The translations under genes were made by a program, and so were the position numbers. Below are positions 27,573 through 38,200 of a stretch of DNA of 63,424 nt, piece after piece. The notes under the pieces were generated by a model, which made no database searches, had not been told where the DNA came from, and worked only from the letters and a program-made list of their open reading frames with translations. Positions within the stretch are counted from its first letter, which is position 1. Every line of letters starts with the position of its first letter. The DNA comes from a virus (taxonomy: Duplodnaviria; Caudoviricetes), in IMG/VR virus record IMGVR_UViG_3300013093_000002, positions 1 to 63,424 of that record; one strand, given 5' to 3'.

Positions 27573-27802
27573 TACCAAATTTAAAACATTTAGTGACTGG
27601 AAAAGATAATGAAACACATGATATTGCTAGATGGTCTTGGCTTGTTACAACACTTGTTGTGATTGCGGGAGCTTTATATGACGCTTATATTGGTAATATG
27701 TTTAATATTAAAGATTTCGCTCAGTCTATTGGAGTAATTGCTGGTGCTCATGGTGCGGCAGTTATGATGAAAAAGGATACAGAACCTAATGAAAGCAAGT
27801 GA
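27569..27802 (+). CDS. Putative holin
   Basis: Two hydrophobic segments; directly upstream of the lysozyme. Confidence 0.6.
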   Translation: MIPNLKHLVTGKDNETHDIARWSWLVTTLVVIAGALYDAYIGNMFNIKDFAQSIGVIAGAHGAAVMMKKDTEPNESK

Positions 27803-28235
27803 AAATGCTGTTAATCTTATTAAACGCTTTGAAGGTTGCCGTTTTAGTCCTTATCGTGACGCTGGCGGTCTTTGGACTATTGGTTATGGTCATCTTATCG
27901 GGGATGGGAAATCGCTTCCTGCAAACATTAATAGAAATTTCACAGAAGAAGAAATAAATGCTTTACTTATTGAGGACGTTGCTAGGTTTGAACGAGGACT
28001 CAATATGTGTCTTGTTGTGCCTGTTACCCAAAATCAGTTTGATGCTTGTATTAGTTGGGTGTTTAATTTGGGGCTTGCAGAATTCAAAAAATATATAGCA
28101 CCATGTATTAATGGTGGTGATGACCCAGAAGAAATTGTTGCAGAAATGGTTAAGTTCCATTTTGTAGGAAAGACTAGCTTAAAAGGTCTTGTAGATAGAC
28201 GAGAAGCTGAAAAAGAACTATTTTTAAAAGACTAA
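27789..28235 (+). CDS. Endolysin, GH24 phage lysozyme
   Basis: FEG...YRD....WTIGYGH (E-x8-D-x5-T), QNQFDA..S..FNLG, GL..RR.AE. Confidence 0.95.
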   Translation: MKASENAVNLIKRFEGCRFSPYRDAGGLWTIGYGHLIGDGKSLPANINRNFTEEEINALLIEDVARFERGLNMCLVVPVTQNQFDACISWVFNLGLAEFKKYIAPCINGGDDPEEIVAEMVKFHFVGKTSLKGLVDRREAEKELFLKD

Positions 28236-28236
28236 T

Positions 28237-30231
28237 ATGCCATTACAAAAACTTATATTAAATCCAGGAATTGTTAGAGATACAACTGATCTTGCTAATA
28301 AAGGCGGATGGTATGATGGTCAACTTATTCGGTTTAGAAATGGATTTCCTGAAAAGTTTGGTGGCTGGCAAGTTCAATCACAACAACAATATATTGGTTC
28401 CGCTAGAACTATTTATACTTATACTACAACTGATGGTAATGCATTAGCAGGCATAGGTACAAATCAAAAGATTTATGTAGGTGCAGGTACTAATATATAT
28501 GACATCACGCCTATCCGTGTAACTTATACCCATTCAACAACGCCCACAACAGATAACTGCTTTACTACATCTTCTTCGTCTAACGTTGTTACTGTAACTT
28601 TAGTAGGACATGGTGCAGTTAATGGGGACTCAGTTACATTTAGTGGTGTTACAGGAACTATAGGTGGTGTTGCTGCAAGCTATTTTAATACTCAGTTCCA
28701 AGTCTTTAATGTCACGGGTAATACATTTCAAATTACTATAGGTACAAGTGCCGCTTCAGGTGCTACAGGTGGTGGTACAGCAATCACTGCAGTATTTCAA
28801 ATTAATTCAGGTTACGCACTAAATACAGCAGGTTATGGCTGGGGTGTAGGAAGTTGGGGTCGAAACGGTTGGGGTACAGGGGCTACAACACCTATCTATT
28901 ATCCAGCTCGCTTTGTCTTTATGCAAAACTTTGGTAATGACATGATATTTAATACTACCTACGACTCAATCAATAATGCTGGCGGTATCATATATTATTG
29001 GACCTATAATAGTTCTTTCTCAAACGTAGCTATACCGTTACAATCTACAACAGGTGCTATAGCCGTACCACAAAATGTAACTCGTATATTATTTAGTTCA
29101 ACCACAGGATTCTTAATTGCATTTGGATGTACGGCGTATGACCCAACCCAAAGCTCAAATAATTATCTAGGTGCTTATAATCCACTTCTTATTCGTTGGT
29201 CTAATGTCGATCCAACTTATGGCCCACAACCAGGTGTATGGCAACCTACAGCTACTAACTTAGCAGGTGATTTACAAGTTCAAGCAGGTTCTAAAATTGT
29301 AACTGCAATTAATACCAAACAGGAAATTCTTGTATTCACTAATATATCTTTAAACTCTATGCAGTTTTTAGGTACACAACTTGTATTTGGTATATCTGAA
29401 CTATCACATAATATATCTATTATGGGTCCTAATGCCGTGACTGCAATTAATAATACAGTTTATTGGATGGGACGAGATAGGTTCTATGTTTATAACGGTG
29501 TGGTTAATACATTACCTTGCCCAATTAGAAAATATATATTTGATAGTAATGTTTCAACAGGCGTTAACTACACTCAATCTTCTATTATCTTTGCAGGTGT
29601 TAATAATAAGTTTAATGAGATTATTTGGTTCTACGCATCAAATGCTTCTACAACAGGCGAAATAGATACCTATGTAATTTATAACTTCCAAGATCAGATT
29701 TGGTACTATGGTAATTTAAGCAGAACAACTTGGATTGATGCAGGAGATTATTCATACCCACTAGCAGCTTCAAACGGATGGATATATACTCATGAAAATG
29801 GTACTGATGATGGTCAACCATTAGGTACATCTCCAAACCCAATTACTTCTTATATTACTTCATCTGACATTGATATTAATGAGGGCGACAAGTTTAGCTT
29901 AATACGTCGAGTTATTCCTGACGTTGACTTTACTGGGTCTGAACCTTCTAACCCTGTGACTGGAGCTCCATTATCACCTAATATTAATATTACAGTGGGC
30001 GTACGTAATTTCCCTGGTGCTGTTGCCGCTACAACAAATGCTGAAGGCGTAGCTACTGTACAAAATATAACTACTACAACAAGTGCTACTATTAGCCCTT
30101 ATACAAATCAAGTCTTTATTCGTGCACGTGGTCGTCAAATGTACTTTACTATAGGATCTAATACTTTAGGTACTCAATGGCAAATAGGTGCATTTAGATT
30201 TGATGCAAGAGAAGACGGAAGAAGGAACTAA
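28237..30231 (+). CDS. Tail nozzle / P22 gp10-like protein
   Basis: MPLQKL..PG...RFRNG.PEK.GGW start, beta-propeller-like body, RARGRQ end; lies before the ejection genes. Confidence 0.7.
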   Translation: MPLQKLILNPGIVRDTTDLANKGGWYDGQLIRFRNGFPEKFGGWQVQSQQQYIGSARTIYTYTTTDGNALAGIGTNQKIYVGAGTNIYDITPIRVTYTHSTTPTTDNCFTTSSSSNVVTVTLVGHGAVNGDSVTFSGVTGTIGGVAASYFNTQFQVFNVTGNTFQITIGTSAASGATGGGTAITAVFQINSGYALNTAGYGWGVGSWGRNGWGTGATTPIYYPARFVFMQNFGNDMIFNTTYDSINNAGGIIYYWTYNSSFSNVAIPLQSTTGAIAVPQNVTRILFSSTTGFLIAFGCTAYDPTQSSNNYLGAYNPLLIRWSNVDPTYGPQPGVWQPTATNLAGDLQVQAGSKIVTAINTKQEILVFTNISLNSMQFLGTQLVFGISELSHNISIMGPNAVTAINNTVYWMGRDRFYVYNGVVNTLPCPIRKYIFDSNVSTGVNYTQSSIIFAGVNNKFNEIIWFYASNASTTGEIDTYVIYNFQDQIWYYGNLSRTTWIDAGDYSYPLAASNGWIYTHENGTDDGQPLGTSPNPITSYITSSDIDINEGDKFSLIRRVIPDVDFTGSEPSNPVTGAPLSPNINITVGVRNFPGAVAATTNAEGVATVQNITTTTSATISPYTNQVFIRARGRQMYFTIGSNTLGTQWQIGAFRFDAREDGRRN

Positions 30232-30233
30232 CA

Positions 30234-30458
30234 ATGACAACTTCAACCCAAGCCAATCAGATTATAAGTGCTCCGCTTACTACAACAAAAGCACCAGCAT
30301 TGCCTATTGCTCCTTTAACTTATGATTCACCTTATCAAAATCAAAATAATAACTCATTACGTATTTATTTTAATCAAATTGATTTATTTAACGTAGATAC
30401 TATACAACAAGTAAATAGTCTTAATACTTTAAACTGGTTAGGTACAGGTGGATTTTAA
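30234..30458 (+). CDS. Small virion protein
   Basis: APALP.AP..Y...LRIYFNQID. Confidence 0.65.
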   Translation: MTTSTQANQIISAPLTTTKAPALPIAPLTYDSPYQNQNNNSLRIYFNQIDLFNVDTIQQVNSLNTLNWLGTGGF

Positions 30459-30797
30459 ATGTCAAACTATCAAAACATAATCGGTAATCAACTAGCTCAA
30501 GCAGCTATTACAGGAACTTTAGCTACAGTATATACTGTGCCCGCTAATACTAGAACCTATGTAAAAGACATTAATATATGTAATACTACTGGAACAGCTA
30601 TCACAGTTAATATACATTTAGTACCTAGTGGTGGTACGGCTGGAACTGGAAATGCCTTATTATATGGGTATTCTGTAGCTGCTAATTCTATATATCACTG
30701 GACAGGTACTCAAATTATGTTAACCGCTGGATTTATATCGGTAAGTGCTTCTACAACAGGTGCTACAGTTACTATTTCGGGTGGTGAGGCAACATAG
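30459..30797 (+). CDS. Small virion protein
   Basis: VYTVPA..T.VK.I.ICN beta-sandwich pattern. Confidence 0.7.
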   Translation: MSNYQNIIGNQLAQAAITGTLATVYTVPANTRTYVKDINICNTTGTAITVNIHLVPSGGTAGTGNALLYGYSVAANSIYHWTGTQIMLTAGFISVSASTTGATVTISGGEAT

Positions 30798-30832
30798 TAT
30801 ATGGTACAATTAAGCAAATTTAAGGACTTTCT

Positions 30833-32122
30833 ATGATTCATTCTCAAGCATCAGGTTTAGCATCTTTAGGTCGCAATGGCGATACTATGATTATGCACGT
30901 TAGTCCAAGCGAAGTCGCTGGATTACAAGCTTTAGCTAAATCTCAAGGAACCTCTTTAACAGTTAACCCACATACAGGTATGCCAGAAGCCTTCAGTTTA
31001 GGTGGTTTTTTTAGCTCATTATTGCCATTAGCTGCCGGTATTATGTTAGGACCCGCTGGATTTGGCGTATTTGATAGTGCTTTAACTACAGGTTTAGCAG
31101 TGGGTGCAGGTACAGCTTTAGCTACAGGTAATCCTGTTTCAGGTCTTATGGCAGGTTTAGGTGGTGCAGGTGGTTATGATATCAGTGGTGCTTTAAATAA
31201 TACATTAAGTGGACTTGGTGGTGCATCAACGATGGCTGCTCCAGTAGCTAATAATATTGGATCTACAGTAGGATATGTAGAAAACCCTATAACCGGCGCT
31301 TCAGAACTTGCTTCTAGCTCAGGAGCTCCTGGTATTACTACTTCTGATTTCATAAATGCATCTAATGGTGTTGGTTCACAAGGTATTCAATTATCACAAG
31401 ATGCTTTAAATGCAGGGGCTAATACTGCAGCAGATTCTAGTATGTTATCTAAAGCTACTAATTTTGGATCTGACTTTGCATCTAATTTAGCAAAACAAAC
31501 AGGTTCTTCTTCACCAACTATGGCATTAGGTAAAAGTTTAGGATTACCTTTAGTTGGCGCTTTATATAGTGGTGGAGCTTTCACACCTAATACTAATTTA
31601 GGTACAAACCCAGCTGAAGCATATAATCCTAACTTTAGACTTAATTTAAAAAATCAACAACCAGGTCAAATACCTTTAATATTAAATCAAAATAATCCTG
31701 GTGGTTTAGGTCAAAATATACAGTTAGGTAACTATCAAACTCCATATGTAGGTGGTCCTATTGATCCTAACGCAGGTTATGGTTATGCTGCAGGTGGTGT
31801 TGCTGAACTTAGTGGACTTAAAAATGATACTGGATTAACTGGGTTATTTAGATCTATCAGTGCTAAATCAGGTGGATACCTTGATGGACCTGGTGATGGT
31901 ATGAGTGACTCTATTCATGCAACTATTGATAATAAACAACCTGCAAGATTAGCTGATGGTGAATTTGTAATTCCAGCTGATGTAGTTTCTCATTTAGGTA
32001 ACGGATCATCAAAAGCAGGTTCACAAAGATTATATTCTATGTTAGATAAAGTACGTAAAGCTCGTACAGGACATACTAAACAAGGTCACGAAATTAACGC
32101 AGAGAAATACTTACCTGCATGA
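30833..32122 (+). CDS. Internal virion / ejection protein
   Basis: GRNGDTMIMHV...NPHTGMPE and GPGDGMSDSI...LADGEFVIPADVVS..GNGSS motifs; Gly/Ala hydrophobic stretch. Confidence 0.7.
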   Translation: MIHSQASGLASLGRNGDTMIMHVSPSEVAGLQALAKSQGTSLTVNPHTGMPEAFSLGGFFSSLLPLAAGIMLGPAGFGVFDSALTTGLAVGAGTALATGNPVSGLMAGLGGAGGYDISGALNNTLSGLGGASTMAAPVANNIGSTVGYVENPITGASELASSSGAPGITTSDFINASNGVGSQGIQLSQDALNAGANTAADSSMLSKATNFGSDFASNLAKQTGSSSPTMALGKSLGLPLVGALYSGGAFTPNTNLGTNPAEAYNPNFRLNLKNQQPGQIPLILNQNNPGGLGQNIQLGNYQTPYVGGPIDPNAGYGYAAGGVAELSGLKNDTGLTGLFRSISAKSGGYLDGPGDGMSDSIHATIDNKQPARLADGEFVIPADVVSHLGNGSSKAGSQRLYSMLDKVRKARTGHTKQGHEINAEKYLPA

Positions 32123-32529
32123 AACAAATACAAATAGTTGACCCTAATCATGTTTATGCGATGTGGGATACACTAAAACCGTTTTTTGAAAAATCTGAAA
32201 TGTATGGCGCAGGAGATTCAACTGCTGACCAAATGAAAGTAAGTTTAGCTCGTAATTATCAAATTTTATTTGTAGTTACAGAAGATTCAAAAGTTATTGG
32301 AGCATTTGCAGTAGAATTAATAAACTATTCTAATCATAGAGTAGCACATACAGTAGCAATGGGTGGTCGAGGTTTATTTGATAAAGATACAGTAAGTCAA
32401 TATGAAACTTGGGCTAGATCACAAGGTGTCACAAAAATTAGAGCTTGGGCTAAAGATGCACAGGCAAGATTATATCGAATGAAACTAGGACTTGAAAAGT
32501 CTATGAATGTTGTGGAGAAGCTTTTATGA
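32119..32529 (+). CDS. GNAT-fold acetyltransferase-like protein
   Basis: Size, position among ejection genes, WARSQGVTKI...ARLY..LG pattern. Confidence 0.55.
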   Translation: MKQIQIVDPNHVYAMWDTLKPFFEKSEMYGAGDSTADQMKVSLARNYQILFVVTEDSKVIGAFAVELINYSNHRVAHTVAMGGRGLFDKDTVSQYETWARSQGVTKIRAWAKDAQARLYRMKLGLEKSMNVVEKLL

Positions 32530-33626
32530 AAATGATTAACTTATTTAACTGGGTACAAAACCTTGTTGGATTCTTTACCTTTTGGAGTGATGGCGGTGGT
32601 GGTGGTGGTTCTACTACACAAACTTCATACTCTACTAACTTACCCCAATATGCACAACCATATTATGAACAACTATTAAACTCTGTTGGTAACCAAGTAT
32701 TTACTACAGATTCATCAGGTAATGTTACAGGTGTTCAACCAGGTACAAATTTACCACAACAACAAGTAGCTCAATTTAATCCATTACAACAACAAGCTCA
32801 AACAGAAGCAGCTAATTTAACTACACCTGCTCAATTCCAACAAGCAACTCAAGGACTTCAAAATAGTCAAAACTTAGGTAATGCTATAGCTGGTGCTGGT
32901 ATTAATCAAGCATTAAGTTACGATCCGTCACAAATTACTGCACAACAATGGAATAATCAAACAGCTCAACAATACATGAGCCCATATTTAATGCAGTCAT
33001 TGTTACCACAATTACAATACCAACAACAAGTATATGGTGAACAAAACGCAGGTAATGCAGCACAATCTATAGGACAAGGTACATTTAGTGGTTCTAGAGA
33101 AGCATTACAACAAGCACAAAACCAACAAAACCAAAATATGAACCTAGCTAATATTCTAGGTCAAGGTTTAAATACAGGTTATCAAAATGCTCAGACTGCA
33201 TTTAATGCTCAGAACCAAGCTAACTTAGCAGCTCAACAAGCAACAGCTCAAGGTCAACAATATGCAGCTAATTTAGGTGCACAGTTAGGTCAAGCTGGAT
33301 TACAAACAGGTGAAACTGCAGCTCAAGGTATTGGTGCTTTAGGTACTGCTCAAAATCAAGCTAACTTGGCTAATCTTGGTGCGCAAACTGCAGCAGGTCA
33401 ACAACAGCAACAATTGGCTCAACAAAACCTCAATACTGCTTACCAAAATGCAATGGCTCAGTATTACTACCCACAACAACAATTACAATACTACAGTGAC
33501 ATTCTTCGTGGTAATGCTAATGCATTAGGTTCTTCACAAGTTCAATACGCACCAGCACCATCTATGGCATCTCAAGTTGCAGGTTTAGGTTTAGGTGCAT
33601 TAGGCTTAGCTAAAGCTACAAGTTAA
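32526..33626 (+). CDS. DNA ejection/pilot protein
   Basis: Q/A/N-rich; YMSPY, GTFSGSR, C-terminal GLGLGALG. Confidence 0.7.
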   Translation: MKMINLFNWVQNLVGFFTFWSDGGGGGGSTTQTSYSTNLPQYAQPYYEQLLNSVGNQVFTTDSSGNVTGVQPGTNLPQQQVAQFNPLQQQAQTEAANLTTPAQFQQATQGLQNSQNLGNAIAGAGINQALSYDPSQITAQQWNNQTAQQYMSPYLMQSLLPQLQYQQQVYGEQNAGNAAQSIGQGTFSGSREALQQAQNQQNQNMNLANILGQGLNTGYQNAQTAFNAQNQANLAAQQATAQGQQYAANLGAQLGQAGLQTGETAAQGIGALGTAQNQANLANLGAQTAAGQQQQQLAQQNLNTAYQNAMAQYYYPQQQLQYYSDILRGNANALGSSQVQYAPAPSMASQVAGLGLGALGLAKATS

Positions 33627-33639
33627 TAAGGAAAACAAT

Positions 33640-35247
33640 ATGTATAGTCCGTTAAATGCAGCAGGTATATCACCAACGATTCCAGCTTCTAAAGATCAAC
33701 TTATTAGAGTAATGCAAGATCCAAACTATGCAGCTGCCGTAGGTATACCACAATATAAAGCTATGGTTATGTTGCAAGAGATGAATAAAAAAGCTCCTGC
33801 TCAACCTCAAACACAAACAGTAGCTCAACAACTTGTAGCTCAAGCTGAACCACATCCACAACAAGCTGGTCTATCACAACTACCTGTTGGTGACCATATG
33901 TTCCAAGAAAAAAACTATGCAGGAGGCGGCATTATTGCATTTACTCCTGGCGGTGGTGTTGGGGATGACGGTATGACTGATGCACAACGTAAAGCTGATG
34001 AAGCTTATCAAGAGTGGTTAAAAACTGCTGGTCCAGATTTCCCTAAACCTAATTATGATTACCCTAATTCTGTATTAAATGAATTTGGTATTCCTACTCC
34101 TAAAAAAGATGACAGTAAATTAGTATTAGGTATGCCTGGTCCTACTGCCAATATACAAAAAAATCAATTAAGCTCTATGGGTATTGATCCTAATGCTACG
34201 AATGGATTAAATTGGCAATCACAAATAAAGCCGCCAGCTCCAGCTGCTAATCCAACACCAGCCCCAACAGGTAACTTTAGTGATTATTTAAAATCTCCTG
34301 TAAGTAATGTAGCTCCTACTGGAAATAACCCTAATGTATCCCTTGCAGCAAATGCAGCAGCAGGTGCAGAACCATCTCTTGATCCAATGTCAATTATGAA
34401 TGCATCTGTAAATAGATTTGGTAAGCAGATTGATGAAAAAGGTATTAGATCCTTATATGATAATGCAAAAGTAGATTCTAAAGATATAGCTAAGAATACT
34501 GTAAATATGTTTAATGATTTAGTAGGACCTGATGAATCTACAGATAAGCTTACTGAAAAATTAAATAAAATGGCTGATAAAACTAAACATGATGAAGATA
34601 CAGCTCCATGGATGGCATTAGCTCAAGCAGGTTTTGCAATGGCTGCAGGTAAATCTAGATTTGCATTACAAAATATTGCTGAAGGTGGTACCGCAGGTCT
34701 TAAAGCATACAATGATGCTAAAGAGAAAAATGAAGCCGCTGAGTTACAACAACTTAATATTCAAAACCAACTTAATAAAGCCCAACGTGCTGAAAGGATT
34801 TCTGCTGTTACTATGGGCATTAATAGCCAACAACATATCGATGATTTAAATCATGCAACTGAATTGGCTAAGATTAATGCTGGTATTCAAATACAAAAAG
34901 ATAATAGTGATACCCTTATCAAAGCTGCAGAAACTGGTCCTAAATCTGCATATTATCTTGGCGAAGCTTATAAAGCTAAAAAAGAAGGCGATTATTATGG
35001 GTCTGGCGCTAAATTAGAAGGTAAAGGCGCGTTAACTGAAGATCAAATAGCCAAAGAATATGCATCATATCAATCTAAATTAGGATATAAAAATTATCCT
35101 CCTAATATGCCTTTAAGTCAATTTGCTGCAAAATTAAGAAGTGAATTTAGTGGTAATCAAGCTGATATTCCTACAGCTCCTACAGGTGGTAGTTTTGTTA
35201 CTGATTCAAAAACAGGTGAAGTTCATTACGTTCCAGCTACTAAATAA
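33640..35247 (+). CDS. Internal virion / ejection protein
   Basis: YAGGGIIAF motif; ALAQAGFAMAAG.S..AL.NIA.G helix. Confidence 0.65.
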   Translation: MYSPLNAAGISPTIPASKDQLIRVMQDPNYAAAVGIPQYKAMVMLQEMNKKAPAQPQTQTVAQQLVAQAEPHPQQAGLSQLPVGDHMFQEKNYAGGGIIAFTPGGGVGDDGMTDAQRKADEAYQEWLKTAGPDFPKPNYDYPNSVLNEFGIPTPKKDDSKLVLGMPGPTANIQKNQLSSMGIDPNATNGLNWQSQIKPPAPAANPTPAPTGNFSDYLKSPVSNVAPTGNNPNVSLAANAAAGAEPSLDPMSIMNASVNRFGKQIDEKGIRSLYDNAKVDSKDIAKNTVNMFNDLVGPDESTDKLTEKLNKMADKTKHDEDTAPWMALAQAGFAMAAGKSRFALQNIAEGGTAGLKAYNDAKEKNEAAELQQLNIQNQLNKAQRAERISAVTMGINSQQHIDDLNHATELAKINAGIQIQKDNSDTLIKAAETGPKSAYYLGEAYKAKKEGDYYGSGAKLEGKGALTEDQIAKEYASYQSKLGYKNYPPNMPLSQFAAKLRSEFSGNQADIPTAPTGGSFVTDSKTGEVHYVPATK

Positions 35248-35249
35248 TT

Positions 35250-38200
35250 ATGCCTAAAATAAACGTACAGGGTTATGGACCTGTAAACTTTCCGGACGAT
35301 ATGTCCCAAGAACAGATTGCTAATGTAATCGAAAACGAATATATCCCACATATGAAACAGCATATCGCTAAGGAAGGTTTTATTCCTGGCGTTAAAGCTG
35401 GTTTACAATCAGGGTTAGGTAATGTAGAAACATTCTTAGGTGAGAATCTAGGTATGCCTTCATTATCTGAAGCTGGTAAACAAAATAAAGCAGAAGCTGC
35501 TACTAAGTATGAAGAACCTTATGCTGGTGAAACTGCCGCTGCATTTCAACGTGGTATTTTACCTGGTGTTGGCACTGCTATATCAAATGTAACAGGTCCT
35601 GTTGGTAATATCTTAGGTACATTTGGTCCTACTGCATTAACAGGTGTTGCTGCTGCTCCTTTACTTCCTGAAGAACTTGCTGGTCTAACTCTAAGCACAG
35701 CTACTCGACGTGCAATTGGTACTACTGTAGCTAACGGGTTTGAAGAAGCTGGTCAAAATATTGATAAACAAAAAGATTTACATCCCGATCAAAAAGTAAA
35801 CTTACTCGCTGCTGATTTAACAGGTCTTATTCAAGGTGCTATTGATACTATTGGTGTGCCTGGACTAGGTAAATTAAGTAATAAATTAGCTCCTCAATTA
35901 GAAAACCAAGCTACTAAATTATCTAAACAAATCGTAGATGGTGAAATAACACACGCAGAAGCTGCTAAAAGCTTATCAAGTAAATGGACTGAATATCTAG
36001 GTTCTACTGCGTCTAACTTTGCTTCAGGTGCTGGTATGATGACTGCAGACGAAGCATTACGTCGTGCACAAGCTGGCGAAGATGTAACAAGTCCTGAAGC
36101 CTTAGAATCTTATAAACATGATATTGGTAGCGCATTATTAATGTCACCTGTATTTGGTGCATATCACGTTCTTACAGGTAGTGGTCGTGGTGAAGCTAAT
36201 AGAAAACTAGATGAAGCCCAAGCTACTAAAACTGCAAAAGACCAAGCTATTGCTGATGCTCAAGCTAAACGTGAGATGGATATTAAAACTGGGGTTATGC
36301 AACAACAACCTATGTTTACTGAAGAGCAAGCACCAAGTCCAGCAGGTCCACCAGCCCCAGAAGCACAAGGTCCATCAACGCTTACACAAGCAGAACCCGA
36401 TCAAATAAATAAAGTTGAGCAATTACAAAAACAACAAGAAGCTGAAGCTGCGGGTCAACAATCTTTATTTGATGAAAAAGGTAAACCTACTCCTGAAATA
36501 GAACAAGAGCAAGCTAAGAGTCGTGTTCAACAAAATCAAGAAAAAGTTAATACATTGTTAGCTACGCCAGAAGGCACTAAGCAAGTAATTGATAATATCA
36601 AGGATTATTTCTTTGACTATACAAAAGCTGACCAAAACAAAATTAGAACTCAGTTACAACAACGCATGAAAGCGTTTACTTTAAAAGACGAAGATGTGCT
36701 AAGTCAAAAACAAAAAGAATATGAACAACTATTCTCTGTTATCGAGCCTGTACCTGAACACGAATTAACTTCACAAAAATTACAAGAAGCAGGCATCAAA
36801 GGTTCTCTTGCAGCGCAATTAAAAGATAAGAGTTTGAAAGACCCGGCGGTATATAATAAAGTTGCAGATGTAGCTAATGATTTAAAAAATACAAATGCAT
36901 CTGCAGCAGCTAAACTATTAGATGGTATTCAAGCACCAGAAGGAGTAAAAAATGTTAAAAGAACTAAGTCCGCAACAGCTGGAGAAAGCGATGCAGTATC
37001 TCTCAAATCCGAAGATGAAACTGACACCGGAACTAGCAGAGATATCAAATCTACAATGGGTTTCAATCGAGTTGATAATGGTAGAGCTCTTGAAGGAGCA
37101 AAAGATGTCAACGCTGCATTAAAAGAAGCTAAGATATATGAAACTAAAGATGAAAGCGGTCAAGAGTATTTAGGTCTTGGTGAGAAGAAAGAAGAAGTAG
37201 CTAAAGAAGAAAAAGCTGCTAAGACTCCTGAAGAAATTAAACAAGCAGAGCTTGATCGTAAAGCCTTATTAGAAAGAGAACAAAAACTATCTAAGAAACT
37301 TCATAAAGCTGGTGAAGAAGCTTCTGATATCTACGCTTCACAAAAAGAAGGTGAAGAAAATAAAAACCTAGATTTATCTACTACAACTCCTGCAGAATTA
37401 ACTGAAGGTTCAACATTCCAAAGAAAATTCAAGAATGCAAAAACACTAGGTGATGCATTAAAAACTCTCAAGAAGATGCCTATTAGTAAAGGTCAACAAG
37501 CCCTTGCTAATTTATTACTCAATACCAAAAATATTTCAGACGTAGCATTTGAAACAGCTAAACATCCACAACCTAAAGATATACGCAAAAAAGGTCCTAA
37601 GACTTACATCGGAGAATTTACTGGTGAAAAGCGTACTATGGGAGAAGAAGCCTCTAAAAAACTAATCAACTATGAGAAGTTTACAGGTGAATATGACTCT
37701 TCCGAAAATAAAGCTAGACTTTATCAATCAGGTAATGCTGAGAGTTTATTACATGAAGGCATTCACGCCGCTACTGCACACGAAATAGATAAACATATTG
37801 ACCATGTACCTGACCCAAGAGGTGCTGCATACGGTGTAACTCCAGTTGCAAAACCTAACTCAGTTATAGGTAAACGTTGGGTAAGAATGTTTAACGCCGC
37901 AAAAGAAGCAGCTAAGAATAGAAATGAAGATTACTATGGTCTAGATGACATACATGAATTCGTAGCAGAAGCTCTTAACCCACATGATAATAAATTTAGA
38001 CAACTATTAAAGAATACAGCACCTACTTCAAAAGCTAAACCAAGAGGTAGACTACCATCACTATTTACTGAATTTATTCAGAACATAATGGACTTATTAG
38101 GTGTTCCACAAAAATATGAAAGTCTATTCCACGAAATATTAGATCATAGTTCTGAACTATTCAAAGGTCCTGATCTATCAATAGATAAAGATGTAGCTAA